A DNA stretch of 64,000 nucleotides from Epiperipatus broadwayi. Its lineage: Eukaryota; Animalia; Onychophora. Position numbers and translations under genes: made by a program. Location: the NCBI GenBank assembly GCA_028023455.1, contig JAQFVV010000011.1, forward strand, positions 3,472,001 to 3,536,000, given 5' to 3'. The notes beneath the pieces were generated by a model that saw only the letters and a program-made list of their open reading frames with translations, ran no database searches and was not told the DNA's origin. Every line of letters starts with the position of its first letter. Position 1 is the stretch's first letter. Shown piece by piece: positions 50,814-63,148 of the stretch.

Positions 50814-51174
50814 TGCCAATAAACATCACATGACCATCACCTCTTATGCTTGTGTATAACTGTTGTTAAAACAGGCAAAACACACTATACGCATTCCCAC
50901 ACACAGCAAGCTAGAGAAATCAATGGGTGCCAGAAGGCTTGTGTATAAAATCCCCATCTAGTGCCTACTCATCCAATATCCCCAGACTAATTTCTGGCTG
51001 CAGCGCTCTCAGATCCAAGGCTCCTCACTGACGAAGGCCACAAGCCAGAAACTAGTCTGGGGATATTGGATGAGTAAGCACTAGATGGGGATTTTATGCA
51101 CAAGCCTTCTGGCATCCATTAATTTCTCTAGCTTGCTGTGTGTGGCAACATGTATAGTGAGTTTTGCCTCTTTT
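50814..51174. mobile_element. family A foldback, best-preserved copy
   Basis: Arms ~50865-50999 / 51040-51174; 11-bp TSD AAAAAAGGATA at 50803-50813 and 51175-51185. Confidence 0.93.
51013..51071 (+). ncRNA. type I hammerhead ribozyme, core intact
   Basis: ATCCAA-GGC-TCCTCA-CTGACGA-A-GGC-CACAA-GCC-A-GAAA-CTAG-TC-TGGGGA-TA-TTGGAT; palindromic ACTAGT stem III. Predicted cleavage after C51057. Confidence 0.85.
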
Positions 51175-51460
51175 AAAAAAGGATAAGCTTATTTGGAATT
51201 TGAAAAAAACATTTTTTAGGTTCTAAATAACTTAATTTCATCTAGCAGGTTTCAAACCTAACACTCAAGCATAACAGATAAATGCACTATCCTTTATGCT
51301 ATCTGCATTATATAGTGTAGTAATATAGTGGATGACTTTAGAGTTCAAGGCTCATAGATCATAATTAGGTCTCTGTCACTTTTAATGCTTGAACTTAAAC
51401 CATTAAAACAACACATGATCAATATTTTTTATAGTCACACAATCTGTTAAAATGGTAGTA

Positions 51461-51819
51461 ATTCTCTCCAATAGTAGTGCTACCCAGTGTAAGCCATAGT
51501 AATCAATAGATGTTAGAAAATTTGTGCATCAAAATCCCTATCTAGTGCTTAATCATATCCCAAGACTAGTTTCTAGCTCCTGGCCTTCATCAGTGAAAAG
51601 CCTTGGATCTAGCTTTTGGCCTTTATCAGATGTCTGCTGGAGGGTTGCATTCAATCTAGTGCTCCCATTTAAGACTCTTCACCAATGAAGGCCATAAGCT
51701 AGAAACTAGTCTATTATATTGAATGAATGCACATTAGATAGGGATTTGGGTGCAAAATCCTTGTAGCATTCAATGATTACTATAAGGTATATCATGTAGC
51801 ATTACTATTTGGAGAGAAT
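51461..51819. mobile_element. family A foldback with two hammerheads
   Basis: Minus 51558-51600 core intact (CTGATGA-AGGC-CAGGA-GCTA-GAAA-CTAG-TC); plus 51675-51716 core mutated (CCAATGA). Confidence 0.85.
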
Positions 51820-52884
51820 GGTTATTGTTTGAATGCTTGAAGTTCTTCAAGTAGCTTTTTTTAAGTCACATATTATGATATTAAAAATACTCATAATCTT
51901 CATTGGAGAAATTGTAGACTTAATTACCAGATTATCTGTAAAACTTGTAGTACTGTAACTATCTCCAGATAGTGACCTAATAAATAACAAAGTGTAATAC
52001 AATTTATCTAGAAGTATAAGAGAAATCTGCATACTTTTATAAATCATCATCAATAACACTCTTTCATGAAAAGTTCTAATCCAAAAAAAAATTGAACTAT
52101 GAACATTTAAAGATGAGTTTTATCATGACTATATAAACCAATCATATATTCAAAAATATTGCATGCTGATGTTTTAGTCTATCTTATGATTGTAGCTCTC
52201 TATTGCCTTCTATTTTTACCCACATCTTTCCAATGAAAGTAATCAATATTGCACTTCTTTTTAGAATGACTTTGAGATCTTTTTTAATATAAATGGGATC
52301 TGATTCTTCTACAGCAATGATGTTTAAGTTCACCCTTAAAATGCTGTTTTAAAATTGGGTTATTAACATATTTCACATCCACAATCCAATGAAGATGTGT
52401 CTTTATAGAAGTGGATTCTATAAGATACATCCAAAAAGCTGACAAACATACCAATTGATGTTTCAATCTTGCTATCATATTTAATCACCTACAGAACATT
52501 TTAAAATAATTGTGATCTAATACCTTTACAATAGAATATTCAAATGTCACTTATGTTTAAAATACTGGGAGAGTGGTAACAACTCTACATACAAGTAATT
52601 TACTTACAACAGCTTTAAACACTATAATTAAAATACTTTATCTTTTAACACTTTAAATACAGTAATCACATTAGAGTCTCTTAGGCACTAGATATTAAAA
52701 TCTGTTTTATAAGTGATGACCAACCAAGTTAAAGAGCAGCAATGATTTTTCTCATATTATTGTCTAATAAAAGTTTTGAGTTTTTTTGAATCTTAATAAC
52801 TAAGCCAAAGTCTTAAAATAATAGATTAAAAAATATTGATTATGAAAGTTTTTCTTTTTTATGGTAACTAAAAACCAAAAAAGG

Positions 52885-53090
52885 AATTCTTTCTTCAACC
52901 ACAATTGGGGTTTTATATTTAACTTGAAATAAAAAAGTGGGAAATTGTGTATGTATGTGTAGCAGAGAGAGGGAGTCCAGCAATTAATTAAATCAGTCCT
53001 TTGTTATAAAAATATTAATTAATTTCAGGACCCTCCCACATCTTTATTTCAAGTTAAATACAAAAATCTTAATTGTGATTGAAGAAACAA
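52885..53090. repeat. MITE-like inverted repeat, ~57-bp arms
   Basis: TCTTCAACCACAATT...TTTAACTTGAAATAAAAAAGTGGGA inverted against TCCCACATCTTTATTTCAAGTTAAA...AATTGTGATTGAAGA. Confidence 0.7.
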
Positions 53091-55694
53091 TTATTTACTT
53101 GGGGTTTGGGTTATAAATAAATGCATTCATTATAAATATTTTTAGTTTTTAACATTAAGATTGCAATTTGCAATTTATGATTCATTTTGATCTTAAATGA
53201 TGTTAAAACACTTTTAAGGTTGAAAGTAAATCATAAGTATTAAAAAACTTTATGTTTTATACACCTGCCCATTGCTTTACATTTAAGAAACTAAGTAATT
53301 CATTTAAAATATTTTATGGTTATAATGCATTGCCAGTGATTTATAAAAAATGTACCAAATTTGACAAATTACATTGAATATTAATATATTAAACCTTGAT
53401 TTTAAAATTTTCTTCTAATTTAAATAAAACTGTTTATGAACAAATAAACAAGCAGAGAATGCAACTTAAATAAAAGCATTTAATAATAATAAACAAATAA
53501 GTGAATAGCTTTATTGCTCAGGAATTTATACAATGTTTGATCTCAGGAAAATCCAGAAATGGAATCAATCCAAGGACTGTATATTCTAGAGTCTCCTAAC
53601 ACTATAGTGTGGCTTTATGGCTCAAGAGTTCCTCAAGAGTTCAAAGAAGTTCAAGAACCAGGAGTAACAGCATCTGGAATTGATCTGAAGACCTCACACT
53701 ACAGAGTTTGGGTTTGTACCACATCTCTAAACCATACAGGACAAAAAATAATCAACTGGCAATATTGCTCAAGAGGTCATAAGAAGTCTGATATCAGGTT
53801 TCTGGAAATGGAATTAAATTGAAGATCATCCATTTCAAAATATGATCATATCTCTGTGCTAAGCAACATAAGGCGAATCAAATGGCTCTATTTACCTGAG
53901 AGTTTATAAAAATTTTGAGCACCAGAAGTTAGAACACAGGAATCAATCTGAGAAAGTTCCATAATAGAGCTTGACAGTCTGCCACTACACTATAGATTAC
54001 ATTTAAGCATTAATAATATACAGCATATTGTCAGTATACTATGAAATTAGTATAACTGAGATGGAAGTATACCCTTCCATGAGTTATGCAATATAAACAA
54101 ACTATTAAAAGATAGAGTGTTACCACCTAGTATTTGTTAGAATTTAGGCTTAGTTTATGTAATTTTAAATGAGAGAATAAATTTATTCTAATGATTATAA
54201 ATAAAGAGAGACAGAGAATGTGAATAAATGGTATAGAATCACTAGTTAAACATTCAAAGGACCAAAGATGAGCCTTAATTTTAATAATCTCCGAATATGA
54301 AAACTCAATTTAGTATGTAATAAATTATTATAATTCAGAATATCCACAACTGAGATGGAAGTAACTGCATGTTCCAATTAATTATGTGATATAAACAAAC
54401 TATTAAAATGCAAAGTGATATCACCTGTTTTTCAGCATTAGTTTGCACTTATGTTTATTGTATGTATATAATTTAAATGACAGTAAATTCGATCTACTAA
54501 TTATATATATTGTAATGGTTACTATTAGCAATAAATCAGAAGTATAATATACAAGCAAATGATAAGAAACTAGTAGTTGATTAACTAAGACTCTATATAC
54601 AAATACTCATTTGCTTCTAGAACTACATATTCTAAACATCATGTATCAAAAAGCATGTTCTCAAAGCTATGAGGGGGGTTTTTCTTTCTACAAGTCATGT
54701 GTGTGGCATTAATTATATGTATTCAGCAGCATGTGTAGAAGAAAAGTATTATAGCAATATGATAATTAAGTGTAAGTAATTCATGTATTTTATGAAATAT
54801 CAAAGTGGTTTATTCTATACTTGCTTCAATATAAGCATAAAATAACAATCAACCACTTAGTAATAATGAAATAATTATTAACAGAAAAAATAAATAAATA
54901 ATGAAATAAATTCAAAGTATATTCCTTAGAGATTTATAAAAGTTCAAATCTTTTCTGTGGCATTGTTTTAATTTATCTCATATGGAAAAAAAATTATTAT
55001 TAATGATTTCTATAGAACTTTCATTAAAGTGGTTTTATATATCTTGGTATTCATAAACTACAATATAGTTTATTCCTTTAATAATTCATATTTAAAGACT
55101 ATTATGTTGTCATCATTCATAAACAAAATACCATATTTTCTTTCAAAATTTCAGTCTTAGTTTTCATTCTTTATTTAATTAGAATAATCTTTTATAGTTC
55201 GTTATGGTTGTCATCGATCAGCTGCCTTATGCCAACCAAGGGTGTTCTACCTAGGTAAAAGCACATTAAAATGCCATTTACTAGGCACACCTATTACTAG
55301 GCCTACATATATATGCTGTCAGTAATATCATACCTTCACATATATACATATTTTGAGTTCTTTTTCTTGCGACCATTGTCTTTCGCAAAAAAAAGTCACT
55401 CTTTGACAACTTCACTATGCTTAGCATTTGCTATGAAACAGTTTTGCAATTTACATTTACAGTATTTGTTTTCTTTTGGGATTGTAGAATTGAAGTGTAA
55501 GTAATTCTGCAAATGTTTATTTTAAATTTTTTTAATTTGTTTCAATGTATGTGTTAGTTGTTATTTATAATTTTAACATTGCAAACAACAATCACTATAG
55601 ACATGGTCAATTGTCAAAATTTGGGGGTGTTTTTCATAAGCTTTCTGGCAAAGTAATGTTACTTGTGAGATTTTATAGTCGAGAATTGTAAAAT

Positions 55695-56135
55695 GGCTGT
55701 GAGAAGAGTCAAAATCGACATTTTCTGAATTGCTGGACACGGAGTCCGATGAAGCGGTTGCGTTTTTACAACTTTATCATATACTCCCTCTGCAAGGCAG
55801 TGTGTTTGCAGAGTGGGTATGGTTTTAAAGATCTACAAAGGGTATACATTTAAGTGCAACTCACCTGCCTATGGACATAGCTGTTCTCTTCGAAACGGTA
55901 GATTTTTCGAGGACTCGAGAATTTGTTTGGTCAAAGCATTACAAGTCATCTATTACTGAGCTTATGATGATTTGACAGTCCAATGTGCCCATGAGGAGGT
56001 GAAAATTTCCAGAGATGTCGTTATCTCTTGGAACGCTGGACTGCATGAACTGTGCCGAAAGAGTCTACTGTCTTATCCCTGTATTAAAATAGGTGAATAT
56101 TACGGTGGAGGTGGATGAGACATTGTTTACACATT
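55695..56135 (+). pseudogene. Merlin / ISXO2-like (IS1595 family) DDE transposase N-terminal remnant
   Basis: Frameshifted EAVAFLQ..ILP / RQCVC..M..GYTFKC...SLRNGRFFEDS...YY*A...KISRDVVISW...ELC...IG / ITVEVDETLFT; VEVDET is the first catalytic motif. CpG-rich; matching TIR pair not found. Confidence 0.8.
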
Positions 56136-57582
56136 GGATCTACTTCAAAAGGAGAGGTCAAAATCCAATTACAAACAATTTCTTTTTTTTTTAAACAAAA
56201 AATGTTACTTTTATTTCAAATAAGTTAAATTAACAACATATTTCAAAAAAAAGTTTATTTTTAGATAAAAAATATCAAATTAAAAACACATATTTAGAAA
56301 AATATTGATTTTTAGTTAAAATAAATGAAATTAAAAACTCATTTATTTAAAAAAAGGTTACTTTTATTGGAAAAAAAAGTCACATTGGAAAAAAAAGTCA
56401 CATTGGGAAAAAAAGTCGAGTGCTATGAATCCTAACATGAATATACATATCATGCAAGAGAATGTTGTATTGAATTGCTTTTGTTTACAAACAACGCCAT
56501 CATGCGGTATATGGTAGCTATTCGACAACAACCTTCATTATTTCTTTAATGTATTTACCTTGAATATGAAAGAAAAATAATGCAATGTTAAATTTTCTTT
56601 CTCTAAATTATCCTATCATTTATCTTGACATTACTTCTTCCTTTGAATATCTTTATCATTTTTAGTATTATCCAATAAATAATGAATACAATGATGCTTA
56701 ATATTAGTATTTTATTGTTGCATAAGATAATATTATTGGCAATTTATCTATACAATTTTAGCAGCTTCAAATAGTTGATAAGGTACTGGGCATCATACTG
56801 AAGGTAAGAGAAATGACATGCTATTTGCTTGTCTATTGCTCCAATTTAAAACACTATTTGAATATAATGAGTAATTTTCTTATAACTTTGAATATATTAA
56901 AGCAGTTACAAACTTATACTTCTTGTATATTTTTAACTTGATAAAAAAAATATTTTACTTCTTTCTCTACTTCTAGTAAGAGTGAGAGAAAGGGAAAAAA
57001 ATCTCATTTCAATATTTTTGACCTCATTTGCATATAAAAGCTTTTGCTGTGTTATAAATTCTTGGGGATCATCTCCATAACAAATTTAAAGATTATTTGT
57101 TTTGAAACAAAGAGAAAATTAACTAAATAAATATATCAACTTGTGCATATTTCATGTCTCCCTTCTTTATTTCAATCCTACAGGTATGTGACTATACATA
57201 TATAATATAAAGAGCATGCATATATAAGTATACACACCAGGCAAAACTCACTATAAGTATTGCCACACAGGTGGTGGACATGTGATGTTTATTGGCTTAA
57301 GTATACACACCTTAGTTTTCAGAAACATCTCAATGTAACTTTGGCATTGCCAATATAAGTTACAATATGTATAGAATATTTAATATAGAATCACTATTTA
57401 AACATTCAGAACACCAAAGACAAGTCTTAGAGTTTCAAAAACCTCCAAATATGAAATGCAAATTCAGTAAATTTGATATGTAATAAATAATTATTGTAAA
57501 CTTACTATATTATAAATTTAAAAGCCAAAAAATGAAGTTTTTGTTTTTGATGATGTTATTATTATTAAAACTACATCACATT

Positions 57583-57690
57583 GTTAAGCATTGTTAGACG
57601 AGAGGTCAGCGCAGCTGCCTTGCAAGCAATTAGTTGGTTGCAGATAGTTGTTGCGCGGGTTCGCCTCCCGGCCGATGCTATGACATATGG
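57583..57690 (+). mobile_element. tRNA-derived SINE, copy 3
   Basis: GCATTGTTAGACGAGAGGTC...GGGTTCGCCTCCCGGCCGATGC; 16-bp TSD AAAACTACATCACATT at 57567-57582 and 57691-57706. Confidence 0.9.
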
Positions 57691-58101
57691 AAAACTACAT
57701 CACATTATGATTAAAGTTGTAAATTATTCTGAAACCACCATTGTAAAATGAAAAAATAAATATATCATTGTTTTACATCAGTTTTTGTTTCAAATGTCTC
57801 AGACTTTTTACCAGGAGTAATCAATCAATAACAGCTAATTTCATATATTGCCTTAAATCTTTTTTATTAATTGACTCAAATGCTGTGAAAAATTTGATAA
57901 AAATAATATATCAATTATGCCTTTACTCATGATTTTTTTTTTGGGGGGGGGGGGATTTGCTCATCGATAAAAACCACATTTATAATATTTTTTGATTCTT
58001 TAAAATAACACCAAAGTTCTCATAATCATTTGTATATATAAGTGCTTTAACATGCTGAAGAAGAAGCTGTCTGTAGTAACAAAAACAATTAAATTAAAGT
58101 A

Positions 58102-58480
58102 GGCCTAGTACTTGCGAGGTTTTCCCTCATATTCATGGTGAAAATAGGTTATAAACCATTGCTGTAATATTACTAAATAATAATGTATGCAAATGTGTAT
58201 GTAAATTAATTTGTCCATTTTCTTGAAATAGCAAAACACATGTCGCATCTATTGATCGCATTGTTATCATTGATAGTAAAATATGCCTCCTTGATCTTTC
58301 GTTTACAATCGTTGGCTTCAGAGCACACTATTTTAGGGTTGCAGGATTCGAACACATGACCATCCTGCTTCTCATGTTCGAAAAATATTGAGAAGTTATC
58401 ACTATTTTTTTTTGCTCTTGTGTACATGTGCTGAGCGGCAGAAATCTGTTGAATAAAATTTTTGAAAGAAACCTTGCTGT
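58102..58480 (-). mobile_element. second Penelope-like remnant: GIY-YIG C-terminus + decayed A3-U8 hammerhead
   Basis: HEKQDGHVF...KIVCSEANDCKRKIKEAYF..NAINR..FAISRKW aligns with the 34.2-kb fragment; downstream CC-ATGAATA-T-GAGG-GAAAA-CCTC-GCAA-GTAC-TA-GG at 58140-58102. Confidence 0.8.
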
Positions 58481-59030
58481 ATAGATAATAAAGATATTTT
58501 ATGATAATTATTTCAATTTTTTCATTACGTTTATAAATTAGAACAATAGAAACATCATTAGAATTAGATAAAGTCAATTTATAATTCATATATGTTTAAA
58601 TTCTAATAGTTTTGAAGTTAATATAACACAAACATATTTTATAATTTCGTCAGATATCTTATTATGACGTGTAACCTCTCGATTTTGAAGAGATCTTTTA
58701 ACTTCATAAAGATGGATACAAAACCATTATCTTAATTCTTTTAACATCATTCAAAAGTTGTTGAATGATTTAGAAAAGCCTGAAAAGTATTTTTTCTGAT
58801 TGAAAAATAAGAAAGACTTCTGTGACAGAGATAGGTCTCATCATGTGCAATTGGAAGATATCATTGAGTATGTCAAAAATGATATTGCAGTCTTTGAAAG
58901 AATTAAGACAGAATTTGAGATGCAAATTCTTTGTTATTACCACAACAACCATCTATATGACACATTGAGTCTGCAAATCAAAACTTCTTTGTCCAAATCA
59001 ATGATTCATTAAAAAGATGATAAAAATGTA

Positions 59031-59354
59031 ACATCACATGACCACTATTCTTCATGTTTACACAAGCTGTTTTACACAGAGGCAAAACTCTCCTCACAGT
59101 AGCACCACTCAGTGAAAGCCATAGTAATCAATGGATGCAGGAAGGTTTGGAGAGTTGCATTAGATCCTAAGAGCTACGTGCAGTGCTCTCAAATCAAAGG
59201 TTCCTCACTGATGAAACCACAAGCTAGAAACCAGTCCGGGGATATTGAATGAATAGGCATTAGATATAAATTTTATACAAAATCCTTTCTGCATCCATAG
59301 ATTAATATGGCTTGCACTGAGTGATGCTACAGTATGGAGAGTTTTACCTCTAAA
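59031..59354. mobile_element. family A foldback
   Basis: + hammerhead 59202-59242 (CTGATGA-AAC-CACAA-GCTA-GAAA-CCAG-TC; stems II and III damaged); 9-bp flanking repeat AAAAATGTA. Confidence 0.85.
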
Positions 59355-59599
59355 AAAAATGTATCATGTCTGTCATTATCCTTGCAATAAAAACATTTAT
59401 TTTAGCATTTGTCTGTCACTCTAAGGCATGGATGCACTGGCTATAAGGGCCATAGGCAGCCCTCCATTGATTTACTGATAGTATGCTCACTCATCATGCT
59501 GTAAAATGATAATTTATTAAATTTATGTTATTGTGTTATTGCCAGATAATACATTAAAAGATACAAACTTCTTTGGGTCAACATATATCTGTGAAGAAA

Positions 59600-61257
59600 C
59601 TTTTCCATTATAAATGTTAAGATATTGATGGAATTATTACTAAAAAGAGAGATGACATCATGAAATTGGTAGAAGATTTTTATCAAGAATTATATAGTAA
59701 TAAAGAACAAGTACCTCCTATATCTATTACATCTTCCAAATTGCCCAGAATTTTAAATGAAGAAGTGAGACATGCAATTAAATTTATGAAGAAAGGGAAG
59801 TCTCCAGGTAATGATGGAATTGTAATTGATATATTAAAAGAAACAGGTGAAGAAATATAATTTTTTTTAGCAAAGTTATATACCAAATGTCTAAATGATA
59901 AAGATGTACCAGATGATTGGAAGAATGCAGTATTAATATTAATATTTAAAAAAGGTGACAAAGAAGATATTAGAAATTACAGACCTATCAGTCTTTTATC
60001 AGTTTTATACAAAATTTTTACTAAAATAATTACAAGTCGTCTACAGAAAACACTGGATTTCCACAAACCAAGAGAAGCTGGATTTAAAAGTGGTTTTAGT
60101 ACAGTAGATCATATCCAGGTATTGAGAGAGGTTATAGAAAGGACAAATGAATATGAGTTGTCATTATGTTTTGGATCTGTAGATTATGAAAAGGCATTTG
60201 ATTCTATAAACATTTCTTCAGTGATTAAAGCATTAGATCATCAAGGTATAGATCCAGGATATTGTCATATTTTAAAAAATATTTATAAAAATGCAACAGC
60301 AACAATTAGATTACATAATGACACTGGAAAAGTCAACATTGAAAAAGGTGTAAGACAAGGTGACTCCATATCTCCAAAACTTTTTACAGCAGTGCTGCAA
60401 GAAGTATTTTGTGGATTAAAATGAGAAACTAAAGGAGTGAAAGTAAATGGTGATTATTTAAGTCATTTAGATTTTGCAGATGATGTAGTTGTTTTTACAA
60501 ATAATGCTTCAGATCTGCAGAAAATGTTGCAGGAATTATCAGATGAAAGTAGGAAAGTAGGACTAAAGATAAATATTAAAAAGACTAAAGTAATGTTTAA
60601 TCGATTTGCTCAAAATATGAAAATAAAAATTGATTATGATGAATTAGAAGAAGTTAACAGTTACAAATACCTTGGTCAGATTATCAATACAGATGGAAAC
60701 ATAATGGAGGAAATTAATCATAAAATTAAACTTGGTTGGAGAGCTTTTGGTAGAAATAACTTGATACTAAAAGGAAATATGCCTATGTGTTTGAAAAAGA
60801 AGGTTTTTAACAAATGTGTTTTACCAGTTCTTCTTATGGATCTGAGACTTGGACACTTAATAGAAGAGCAATTCAGAGACTTCAGACCACTCAAAGAAGT
60901 ATGGAGAGATGTATGTTGGGAGTAACAAGAAGAGATCGTAAATGCAATGTATGGGTAAGAGAACAAACAGGTGTTACTGACCTCATTGAAAAAATTAAAA
61001 GATGGAAGTGGAGTTGAGCTGGACATATTGTTAGAAGAGATGATAATAGATGGACAATTGAAATTTTAAACTGGATTCCAAGAGATTGTAAAAGACCCAG
61101 AAAGAGACCACATGTGAGATGGATGGATGAAATAAGAAAGTGTGCAGGGGTGATGTGGAGAAGAGAAGCTAAAGATCGGAGAAGATGGTTTAAACTTGAA
61201 GAGACCTTCATCCTGCAGTGGATTGATAATGGTTGATAATGATGATGATGATGATGA
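59600..61257 (+). mobile_element. 5'-truncated RTE LINE, RT domain with few lesions, (GAT)n tail
   Basis: KSPGNDG, KKGD...NYRPISLLS, AGFKSG, DYEKAFDSI, GVRQGDSISPKLF, HLDFADDVV, YKYLG, KWS*AGHIVR; 1 TAA, 2 TGA, 1 frameshift; ends GATAATGATGATGATGATGATGA. Confidence 0.96.
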
Positions 61258-62492
61258 GACAACTTTCATGTTTTTTTGACAGACTTCCCATAAGTCACAG
61301 TGAATCTATGTGGTCCTTGGCCTTAACAAATCTGTCCATCCCTGTTGTAAAGGAATCAGCTCCTGTTTTACATATCTAGAAAATATGCAGGCACATATAT
61401 TGGGAGGGCCAAATTAAAACAATTTTAGTTACAGTGATTTTATTTTTTTCCTTATTTTTTTCTTTTTATTCACTTACTTTACTATAAAGTTATTATTTTT
61501 TTAAAAAACAGAAATGTTAATTTGGTCTATAAATGTTGATAAAGCGTATATTCCATTAATGAAATATAAGTAATTAGTAAAATATAATGGTCTTAATAAA
61601 AAGCATAGCACTAAAGTATGTTTTGGATCAATCTTTATCATCATCATCATCAGAAAAAGAAGGAGGAGGAGGAGAAGAAGAGGAGGAGGGTTGTGTATTG
61701 ACCTGTCATTATATTTTATTTTTAATATGTAATAAAGTAATTAAATGATGGCACATTATCTAATATATGATGCAAATTTAGTGCCATCTTTTTTACATTT
61801 AATCAACTATGTCATTGTATGTCATTATTCAACCACCTTCAGCAGATTAAAATGATTTCAATTCCACTACATATATTTTTGACGTATATTAATGTAAGTA
61901 ACTATTATATAAATATTATACAATTATATATCTTTATGTATGGTTACCATTTCATCTAATAATAACATATCGTATATTGTCAAATTTTTGCAAGCGTCAT
62001 TCATTAAAACATAATAAAAGCAATTGAAAGTGATTATTTAATATTTTCACACTCTCATTAGCAAAATACTTAAGATTCGCATATATATATATATATATAT
62101 ATAGGTTTAAGTTAAAAGATAGAGTGGTTCGTTCTATGTTTTCGAATGACTTTATCTTGTATTTAGAAAGTAGAATATTAATTAAATGTTTAAAATCTAT
62201 CTAGTACATGTCTAGTGGAGTGATCCCTTATTATTATTACAGTTTAAAAACGTAGCTCCACTTAAATAAATAACTCATTATATACATCTTTATTTATGTA
62301 ACTCTATGAAGATTTACTTCTTTTTTTTTATTATGTAATTCTATTAATAGCATTAATTCGCTTGTGAAGAAAAGATTAGATTTATTTCAGTTAAAACAAT
62401 AATTAGCTGACCAAAGTGCTTTCAACCTAGAAGATCATATTCATAGTGGTCAAACTGGTCAGCAGAAATTAATTATAAGAAAAACAAAATAG

Positions 62493-62824
62493 TTGATTTA
62501 CATATTCCACTTTCAGAATAAAGTGATATATAAGTTTTTTTTTGTTTATTGCATAACAGCGCCACCAGACTAGCGCAATATAGGTATATTTATAACTGCA
62601 CAAAGAAAGATCCCAATGTGCAATGTAATGTCTATATTTCTGTAGCATAAAATGGAATCTGACCATAGTTTTTATCCACAGAATATTAAAGTAATGAGTG
62701 TGGAATGCAATTTTATCGGAAAAGAAAATTTAAAGAGACATGGTTCATTGTTAACAATACCTATGCGATAAACAAAAAAAGACTCATGTATCACTTTATA
62801 CTGAAAGTGGAATAAGTAAATCAA
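62493..62824. mobile_element. MITE-like element, ~38-bp TIRs
   Basis: TTGATTTACATATTCCACTTTCAGAATAAAGTGATATA inverted against TGTATCACTTTATACTGAAAGTGGAATAAGTAAATCAA. Confidence 0.75.
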
Positions 62825-63033
62825 TGAATTTACATATTAATTATCAGTTAGCAAATTTTGTGCTTTTCTTATAATTAATCTCAGCTGACAAGTTTGAATA
62901 CTATGAATGTGACCTAGGTTTAAAGCATTGTTCAGCTAGTTATTGTTTTATCTGATATAAATCAAATCTATTCTTCAGAAATGAATGAATGCTATTAATA
63001 AAATTATATATTTATTTTTTATATTAATTTTAC

Positions 63034-63141
63034 TACAATTTTACAACATAAAATAGTTGTTTAAATATATACATATTGTGTAAGTATTATTACTTACACT
63101 ATATATATATTTAAACAACTATTTTATGTAGTAAAATTGTA
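63034..63141. repeat. AT-rich near-perfect 108-nt hairpin
   Basis: TACAATTTTAC.ACATAAAATAGTTGTTTAAATATATA...GTGTAAGTA mirrored around ~63088. Confidence 0.85.
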
Positions 63142-63148
63142 TATTGAA

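Noticed and set aside
4460-57690. Functional tRNA genes at 4477, 47568, 48043 and 57588
   Set aside because: Cloverleaves are disrupted, and three of the four have tails and TSDs, so they are SINEs or pseudogenes.
58650-59012. Protein-like 70-aa ORF with upstream frameshifted extension
   Set aside because: Needs two stops and a frameshift to extend, and no family is recognised; left as unassigned possible pseudo-exon.
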